IMG/VR virus record: IMGVR_UViG_3300021408_000008
Coordinates: 1 to 48,803 of that record
Source of the DNA: a virus
Taxonomy: Duplodnaviria > Caudoviricetes
Length of the DNA stretch: 48,803 bases
Direction: 5' to 3' (one strand)
The notes beneath the pieces are model-generated. The model worked only from the letters and a program-made list of their open reading frames with translations. It was not told the origin of the DNA and ran no database searches. The position numbers were made by a program, and so were the translations under genes. Below are positions 43,383-48,803 of the stretch, one piece after another; position 1 is the stretch's first letter, and each line of letters starts with the position of its first letter.

Positions 43383-44569
43383 GCGAGGTCGTCTACCGGA
43401 GTGAGATGGCCCTGCTGGGGATGCTGCTGGAGCAGCGGGGTCTCTCGGTAGATAACGTTTTCGTAACGCTGCCTCCTTCGGAGTGGTCCTCCGCGCACAT
43501 CCTCATAGCTGAGGTTCTTCAAGGGATGAACGACGCTGGTGAAGAGATCAACCTCCTCACGGTGATGCAGAAGCTCACCGAGACCGGGATGTTGAACCGC
43601 ATCGGTGGTGCTCCGAAGCTGTATGAGCTGGTCAGACACTCCTACGACTACGGTCACGACCGGCTGCTGGAGTTCCTCGTAGCCAACGCCACCAGGCGCA
43701 AACTGAACGAGATCGGGCACCGTGCGCAGCTGATGGCACAAGACCCGGAGATCGAACCTGAGACCATCCGGCAGCGGATGACCGAGGATCTCGGACAAGT
43801 GGGGGTTTATAACGGTGAGGTAACGACCCTGGGCTGGCCTGGGGAAACAACCGACCCGGAACCCAACTTCGTCATCCCGGCACTGCTCGCCGAGGACGAC
43901 CGGGTCATGATCACCGGCTACGAAGGCGGCGGGAAAACGGTGCTGTGCCGTCAGCTCGTAGCTGCCGTAGTTGTCGGTAGGCACCCGTTCCTCTTCAGCG
44001 AGTTCGAACCGCAACCGGCGCTACACGTGGACCTGGAGAACCCGCAGTACCTGTCCGACAACGCCTACCGGGGCATCCGCAACCGGCTGATGGCCGAGAA
44101 CGTGCACGTGCCGGACCTGCTGCACCGGCTGTCGCCGCGGGTCTTCAGTGTCTTCGAGGAACGCGACGTGGCGTGGCTGCTGCGGGCGGTGCGCAAGGTG
44201 CAGCCGAAGCTCATCGCCATCGGTCCCCTGAAGAACATGGTCGGCGGCAACGACCTCAACGAGGAGCGGGTGGCGGTAAAGGTCTGTGACCTTCTGAACC
44301 GCATCAGGGCCGAGACGGGCGCGGCCCTCGTGGTGGAGGCCCACGCCTCCTGGGAGTCCCGCAAGACCGACTGGCGCCCTCGTGGAAGCAGTGCGCTGGT
44401 CGGTTGGCCCGAGTTCGGGTTCGGCATGAAGCCGCTGTCAGTGACGACCCCACGGGCAGCTGAACTGGTGTCCTGGCGTGGGTCACGAGTCGATAACAGG
44501 TACTGGCCGCAATTCCTCGCCGAAGGGACCGTGTGGCCGTGGGTCGAAGACCCCAGGTTGGAGAGGTAG
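43379..44569 (+). CDS. Replicative helicase: DnaB-like N-domain plus RecA-fold (AAA_25/RepA-type) ATPase
   Basis: EMALLGMLL...INLLTV...IGGAPKLYEL (DnaB N-domain); ITGYEGGGKT, LHVDLEN and PRGSSAL. Confidence 0.8.
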   Translation: MSEVVYRSEMALLGMLLEQRGLSVDNVFVTLPPSEWSSAHILIAEVLQGMNDAGEEINLLTVMQKLTETGMLNRIGGAPKLYELVRHSYDYGHDRLLEFLVANATRRKLNEIGHRAQLMAQDPEIEPETIRQRMTEDLGQVGVYNGEVTTLGWPGETTDPEPNFVIPALLAEDDRVMITGYEGGGKTVLCRQLVAAVVVGRHPFLFSEFEPQPALHVDLENPQYLSDNAYRGIRNRLMAENVHVPDLLHRLSPRVFSVFEERDVAWLLRAVRKVQPKLIAIGPLKNMVGGNDLNEERVAVKVCDLLNRIRAETGAALVVEAHASWESRKTDWRPRGSSALVGWPEFGFGMKPLSVTTPRAAELVSWRGSRVDNRYWPQFLAEGTVWPWVEDPRLER

Positions 44570-44573
44570 AGGA

Positions 44574-44786
44574 ATGGAACATCCACGGCACGGAGCAGAG
44601 GATCGGTTCGGCAACCCGGTACCTCCCATCGAGGCCACCGACCTGTGGCTGCGGTTCAAGGTGCGAAGGCAGTGCCGTCAACGAGGAGGTCACTGGTGGC
44701 ACTCCAGTGACGCGATGATCGGCTGGGCCTGCTGTCAGTGCGGCAAGGGAACTGACGGGATGCCAAGGGACGGGACGAGTGGATGA
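44574..44786 (+). CDS. Small Cys-rich protein
   Basis: C..RGGHWW...CCQCG; RBS AGAGG. Confidence 0.55.
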   Translation: MEHPRHGAEDRFGNPVPPIEATDLWLRFKVRRQCRQRGGHWWHSSDAMIGWACCQCGKGTDGMPRDGTSG

Positions 44787-44914
44787 CCAGTGTCAGCGAC
44801 AGGCCGATGCGGCAGTGCCCCGAATGCAGAGCGTGGGTGCTGTCGCTGCGCATCAGGGCAGGACACAAGATGACCTGCTCGCAGCCGAACCGACAGGACG
44901 AGGAGCAGAACTGA
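44783..44914 (+). CDS. Small protein (43 aa, CxxC...HxxxC; not in the ORF track)
   Basis: ATGA and TGATG coupling on both sides. Confidence 0.5.
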   Translation: MTSVSDRPMRQCPECRAWVLSLRIRAGHKMTCSQPNRQDEEQN

Positions 44915-45168
44915 TGGACATCAACCCCAACCAGGTCGAGCGCATGATCAGGGCGTTCGAACGCATCGGCACCGCTCTGAAAGAGCAGGCCGCGGCGACG
45001 AAGCAGAACGCGGAGGCGGCAGAGAAGCTGGCCGCTGCCGCCCAGTTCCAGGCGCAGGTGTCCGACGCCTCCTCGCAGATCATGGAGCGCGGCACCGGCC
45101 TCCAGCAGCAGATGCTGGACCTTCAGAAGGAGCAGATGCAGGACATGCGTCGCCTGCACGGGGGGTGA
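44914..45168 (+). CDS. Coiled-coil hypothetical protein
   Basis: RBS GAGGAG; Q/A-rich. Confidence 0.65.
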   Translation: MDINPNQVERMIRAFERIGTALKEQAAATKQNAEAAEKLAAAAQFQAQVSDASSQIMERGTGLQQQMLDLQKEQMQDMRRLHGG

Positions 45169-45171
45169 GCC

Positions 45172-45561
45172 GTGGATGACCTCTGGTACACCCGCGAGGG
45201 AGACCGGGTTCCCCTGGAGGAGTGGGTGCGGCTCAGTGAGGAAGCCCAGGCTGCCGGTTACGAGTACCGCCGGGTCGGGCAGGACGTGGTCGGGGAGTAC
45301 CGGATCTCCACCGTGCTGCTGGGCATCGACCACAGCTGGGGTGGCAAGGGCCCGCCACTGATCTTCGAAACGATGGTGTTCTCGACCATCGACAGGACGG
45401 TGGACTTCTTCGGCCGGGAGCACACCGTCAACGACGCCTACGACCAGTTCACTGAGCGCTACACCACTGTCGACGAGGCTCAGCGTGGTCACGAGTTGAT
45501 AACGGAGAACATCCGTCAGCTGGTCAACAGCATTCAACCGTTGAATGAGGAGGAGCGATGA
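45172..45561 (+). CDS. Conserved-looking phage hypothetical protein
   Basis: ISTVLLGIDHSW...PLIFETMVF...RYTT..EA..GH. Confidence 0.75.
   Translation: MDDLWYTREGDRVPLEEWVRLSEEAQAAGYEYRRVGQDVVGEYRISTVLLGIDHSWGGKGPPLIFETMVFSTIDRTVDFFGREHTVNDAYDQFTERYTTVDEAQRGHELITENIRQLVNSIQPLNEEER
45532..45546 (+). promoter_or_regulatory. 15-bp palindromic site (site 13, intragenic, at the 3' end of an ORF)
   Basis: Exact motif (IQPLN) directly before the RBS GAGGAGG of the next gene. Confidence 0.9.
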
Positions 45562-45779
45562 AGGGACCGCCACCAGCGGAACAGAAGGTCCGGGCGTGGC
45601 TCTACAACGCCGAGGTGGAGTGGCGCTTCCACTACTACCGGATGCTGCGCCGCCAGACGCTGTGCCGCCTCGGGTGGCACCAGGACAACGAGACCGTGAA
45701 CTTCCACCTCGACGGACGCATCACCCGCGGGAAGGGCTGCTGGCACTGCCTGCGCGACAAGGAGGACGCAAGTGGATGA
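45558..45779 (+). CDS. Hypothetical protein
   Basis: LCRLGWH...CWHC; strong RBS. Confidence 0.6.
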   Translation: MKGPPPAEQKVRAWLYNAEVEWRFHYYRMLRRQTLCRLGWHQDNETVNFHLDGRITRGKGCWHCLRDKEDASG

Positions 45780-45966
45780 CGAGGAACCCGTGCAGCACGA
45801 GACGTGCCGCTGCGGCGAGGAGCACCCGGTCGTCGACCAGTACAGCCAGACCTCTGGGCAGACGTACAGCTTCATCGACTGCCCCACGAGGGAAACCAGC
45901 TACCTGGTGGCCATCAACGGGGAACCGCTGAAGGGGTACCAGGATGCGGTACACGCCGATGGCTGA
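45772..45966 (+). CDS. Hypothetical protein
   Basis: RBS AAGGAGG. Confidence 0.6.
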   Translation: MDDEEPVQHETCRCGEEHPVVDQYSQTSGQTYSFIDCPTRETSYLVAINGEPLKGYQDAVHADG

Positions 45967-46456
45967 CAACCAGGCCAAGTTCGAGGCGCTGGCCAAGAAG
46001 GCGATGAGGGAACTCCTAGAGGACACGAGGCGGCAGATGGCGAAACCGGCACAACCGACCGACGCCGACAAGGCGATCCTGGCGGAACGCAAAGCTATGA
46101 AGGACCCCAGGAAGAAGGTCTTCAACCCGCGACTTCGGGAGCGGCTTTCGAAGCAGCTCCTCGCCAACCTCCCCCCGGTCCACTACCTGAGCGAGAGCGA
46201 GCGGACCAAGCTCTACGAGCTGGTCGAGGAGTGGCACCACGATGAGGTCAATGACCTCCAGGAGCGGTTCGAAAGACTGGCGAAAAGCGCCAGGGACCGG
46301 GCGAGCAAGCTGCAAATGATCCAGTTCATGGCCCAGGAGGCGATGCAGCAGCCCGACCCGTACCCGGGGCTGCACTACGGGGGCTGTTACGTCAACCACG
46401 CCCGCTGCATGGCTGAGGAGATCCTGAAGGTGGTGAACACGCGTGAGCCAAGATGA
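45959..46456 (+). CDS. Hypothetical protein
   Basis: Packed ORF; C-terminal H..GCYVNHARC. Confidence 0.65.
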   Translation: MADNQAKFEALAKKAMRELLEDTRRQMAKPAQPTDADKAILAERKAMKDPRKKVFNPRLRERLSKQLLANLPPVHYLSESERTKLYELVEEWHHDEVNDLQERFERLAKSARDRASKLQMIQFMAQEAMQQPDPYPGLHYGGCYVNHARCMAEEILKVVNTREPR

Positions 46457-46835
46457 GGCGGTCAGGAAGATCCGCGACATCCTGCTGGCCCACAAGGGCG
46501 ATGTGGCCACCCGGGAGGTGGGTGGCACTGAGCGGATGCTGGCGCAGCACATCTACGACGAGTTCGTCGGCCCCGAGGAAGCCCACTGGAAGTCGCGCCT
46601 GGAGGCGGCCGGGGAACGCCCCAAGGACGTGGAGATCGCGACCGTGCTGCTGCGTCTCGTCGAACAGCACGCGACCGTTCTGGGGATGGCGAACACGATC
46701 CTGGCGAGGGACAACGGGCGTGCGTCCACACACTCGCAGGAGTGCTGGATGTGGCACGTCACGTGCTTCGCGAAGACGATCAAGGAGGTCCTGAGTGTTC
46801 AGGAGGAGGCGACGGAACCGGGAGAGGCTGAATAG
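46443..46835 (+). CDS. Hypothetical protein
   Basis: C-terminal THSQECWMWHVTC, similar in pattern to the C-terminus of the upstream ORF. Confidence 0.65.
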   Translation: MSQDEAVRKIRDILLAHKGDVATREVGGTERMLAQHIYDEFVGPEEAHWKSRLEAAGERPKDVEIATVLLRLVEQHATVLGMANTILARDNGRASTHSQECWMWHVTCFAKTIKEVLSVQEEATEPGEAE

Positions 46836-47023
46836 CGACGCCTGGGAGCAGCACTGGCGCTCCCTCATAGAGGACAAGCTGCGAGAGGAGGGCAGAGACA
46901 TGGGGCAGTTCAGCAACGGTGACGGTGGCATGAGCACCGTGCGCAAGGAGTACCAGGACAACAACTGGCAGGAGCGTCGGGACAACCCGATGCCCAACGA
47001 CTGGGCCTGACGAGGGAGTGGGC

Positions 47024-47215
47024 ATGGAGCAGGAACGACGGGTCAGCTTCCTCTCCCAGGGGAAGGACGCGTGGCACCATGCCCACCCTCCTTTCTCCAT
47101 GGAGGAGTGGACCGAGTTTTACCGGCAGAAGGTTGCGCTGGAGATCCGCATGCACGTCGCGGTCCTCTACGACCAGATGCCGCTGCAACGACCGAAGGAG
47201 GAGCGTAGTGAGTGA
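47024..47215 (+). CDS. Hypothetical protein
   Basis: RBS GAGGGAG. Confidence 0.5.
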   Translation: MEQERRVSFLSQGKDAWHHAHPPFSMEEWTEFYRQKVALEIRMHVAVLYDQMPLQRPKEERSE

Positions 47216-47603
47216 CCCGAAGGACAACCTGGTCGCCGCAATGGCGAACATCGCCATGCACCCGGAGACCCACCAGCAGGCGGCGTGGCGCTGCGGTACC
47301 GGCATGTGCATCGCCGGGCACGTCGCCGAAGTCGCCAACGAGGTGGAGTGGATGACCATGAAGGACTCGAATCTGGAGTCCTACAGCATGGAGATGGTCG
47401 AAGTGAAGGCCACCGGCGAGGTGGTTCACGTCAGCCACTGGGCTCAGAACCACCTGGGCCTGAGCGGGGAGGCGCGCGAGATCCTCTTCCACGGCAACCG
47501 CACCCGTGACGAGCTGGAGGGGCTGGTGAACGCCTACAAGAACGGCGAGGAGATCACCTTCCAGGTCCTGGACCGGGTCCAGGACGACATCCTCGAAGGC
47601 TGA
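47208..47603 (+). CDS. Hypothetical protein with a CGTxxCIAGH motif
   Basis: RBS AAGGAGG; HQQAAWRCGTGMCIAGH. Confidence 0.7.
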   Translation: MSDPKDNLVAAMANIAMHPETHQQAAWRCGTGMCIAGHVAEVANEVEWMTMKDSNLESYSMEMVEVKATGEVVHVSHWAQNHLGLSGEAREILFHGNRTRDELEGLVNAYKNGEEITFQVLDRVQDDILEG

Positions 47604-47721
47604 CCAGTATGGCCAAGCACGCTCACTCCATCTGGTGTGTCATCAGCTGCCCGGAGAAGAAGCCGAAGCCGCCGAAGAAGACCGCGACGCAGAAGCAGTT
47701 CCCCAACAAGCGGTTCCAACC

Positions 47722-48360
47722 ATGAACAACATCCCCACCCGCACCCGAGTGCTCGTCACCAGGCGATCACTCGGGTGCTGTGAGCGTTGCGGGGGTGCTG
47801 GTGGTGAAGTCCATCACCGGCGCCCCCGCGCCCTCGGGGGAGGGGGACCCTGGATGCACTCCCCCTCGAACTGCGTGCGGCTGTGCCACGCGTGCCATCA
47901 CTGGGCCACCAACCGGCCCCTGCTGGCCTCGCAGAGCGGTTGGGTACTCCCGCACCGCTACCGGCTTCTGAGCCCTTCCACGGCCCCGCTAGCGGTCTTA
48001 GGGCGTGTCGCCCTTACTCTCACGGAAGCCGGTGCGTATCGACTGGGGCGTCTCACCCTTCGCAACCTTCGTGAGGTCTCGGACCTTGTCTCGTCGATGG
48101 ATGCCAAGGGGGTCAGACCAGCGCACCCGAGCGGCGCCTTCGAACCTCCCGTTCCAGCGCCGGGTGTAGTCGCGGAAGGCAGCCTTGGAGAGCCCGGTGT
48201 CGTACGCCTCCTCCTCGCGCCCGGCGACCCGAGCGTCGAAGCAGGCCCGTTCGTACTCACTCGTGAGGACGTGGCCAATGGACTCCCTGAGACTGTCGAG
48301 CAGGTCGAGTCGTTCGATCGGGTCTGGCGTGTTGTAGACCCAGGTGATCAGGCCGTCTAG
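47722..48360 (+). CDS. HNH endonuclease; the C-terminal part overlaps an antisense gene
   Basis: CERCGG...EVHHRRPR..GGG...SNCVRLCHACHHW. Confidence 0.75.
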   Translation: MNNIPTRTRVLVTRRSLGCCERCGGAGGEVHHRRPRALGGGGPWMHSPSNCVRLCHACHHWATNRPLLASQSGWVLPHRYRLLSPSTAPLAVLGRVALTLTEAGAYRLGRLTLRNLREVSDLVSSMDAKGVRPAHPSGAFEPPVPAPGVVAEGSLGEPGVVRLLLAPGDPSVEAGPFVLTREDVANGLPETVEQVESFDRVWRVVDPGDQAV

Positions 48361-48396
48361 CGACCGCATGACCTCGCCGTCATCGATATGGGGCAT
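47998..48396 (-). CDS. Lone leftward gene in the rightward arm; possible HTH-like regulator
   Basis: Protein-like composition (PDPIERLDLLDSL...GLSKAAFRDYTRRWN); divergent from the Rad52 promoter. The start may be 48369. Confidence 0.55.
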   Translation of the reverse strand: MPHIDDGEVMRSLDGLITWVYNTPDPIERLDLLDSLRESIGHVLTSEYERACFDARVAGREEEAYDTGLSKAAFRDYTRRWNGRFEGAARVRWSDPLGIHRRDKVRDLTKVAKGETPQSIRTGFRESKGDTP

Positions 48397-48797
48397 AGGC
48401 ACATGCTACAGTTCACACATTCAACCGTTGAATGTTGAGGAGCGGCATGTCGTTCAGCGATGAGCAGGTTGAGTTCCTGCTCCGACCCATCAACCCGCTG
48501 CGGGTGCACACCCTGCGAGGCAACTCTTACCTGAAGGGTTGGGACGTCCGAGCCCACCTGAACCGGGTCTTCGGTTTCGGCAACTGGTCGGTCCAGACCA
48601 CCGTCGAGGTCCTCTACGCCGAGCAGCGTCCCAACTCCGACGGCAAGGACCAGTGGCACGTCGGGGCCGTGGCCCACGCCAAGCTCACCATCCTTGTCGG
48701 GCAGGACGATCTTCCCGACCCGTACTACGAGGACGTGGCCTCCGACGAGGCTGTGCACCCCAACCGTGGGGAAGCCACCGACAACGTCACCAAGTCC
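48023..48797. repeat. Terminal direct repeat, copy 2
   Basis: Matches 1-775. Confidence 0.95.
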
Positions 48798-48803
48798 TCG
48801 TAG

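Noticed and set aside
44208-44235. Helicase Walker B reading LIAIGPL (Asp replaced by Gly) as inactivation
   Set aside because: The other motifs are intact, and I recall IGPL as a natural variant in actinobacterial members of this family; no claim is possible without an alignment.
397-45546. 15-bp repeats as a CRISPR array
   Set aside because: The copies are dispersed at irregular distances of hundreds to thousands of bp, are too short, and there is no cas operon; the Cas4-like gene stands alone.
48023-48803. 775-bp terminal repeat as a true virion terminal repeat, with second copies of genes
   Set aside because: It starts and ends inside ORFs and the last 6 nt diverge. A circular assembly overlap is more likely, so the duplicated ORFs are not counted twice.

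Overview
This window is an essentially complete, high-GC tailed dsDNA phage genome. Bases 1-775 recur at 48023-48797, giving a unit length of about 48,022 bp. The host is very probably an actinobacterium, judged from the r1t-type holin, the Streptomyces-phage-type amidase and an actinobacterial peptidoglycan-hydrolase/M23 fusion. Two divergent arms start at a non-coding hub at 29953-30369. The leftward arm (29952 down to 2734) encodes an RHH regulator, small ORFs, a terminase with an N-terminal HTH, portal, probable internal/ejection proteins including a 1969-aa protein and an M23 fusion, scaffold, an inserted HNH, major capsid, short-tail proteins, a lysis cassette and two paralogous virion proteins. 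No tape measure, tail tube or sheath was recognised, so the virion looks podovirus-like. The rightward arm (30370 to 48360, continuing 425-2759) encodes an HTH protein, many small early ORFs, a frameshifted AAA+ ATPase, SSB, a DnaB/RepA-type helicase, an HNH, a Rad52-like annealase and a Cas4-like exonuclease. No integrase, DNA polymerase, CRISPR array or canonical tRNA was recognised. The most striking signal is a 15-bp palindrome, ATTCAAC-C-GTTGAAT, at 13 distinct sites. Its asymmetric centre follows the direction of transcription, its flanks co-vary to extend the hairpin, and it lies at promoters, at gene starts and inside ORFs. Also notable are a 55-nt minimal tRNA-like element within a structured intergenic region, and a second structured non-coding region of about 500 nt. 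All protein calls rest on motifs read by eye; no database search was run.
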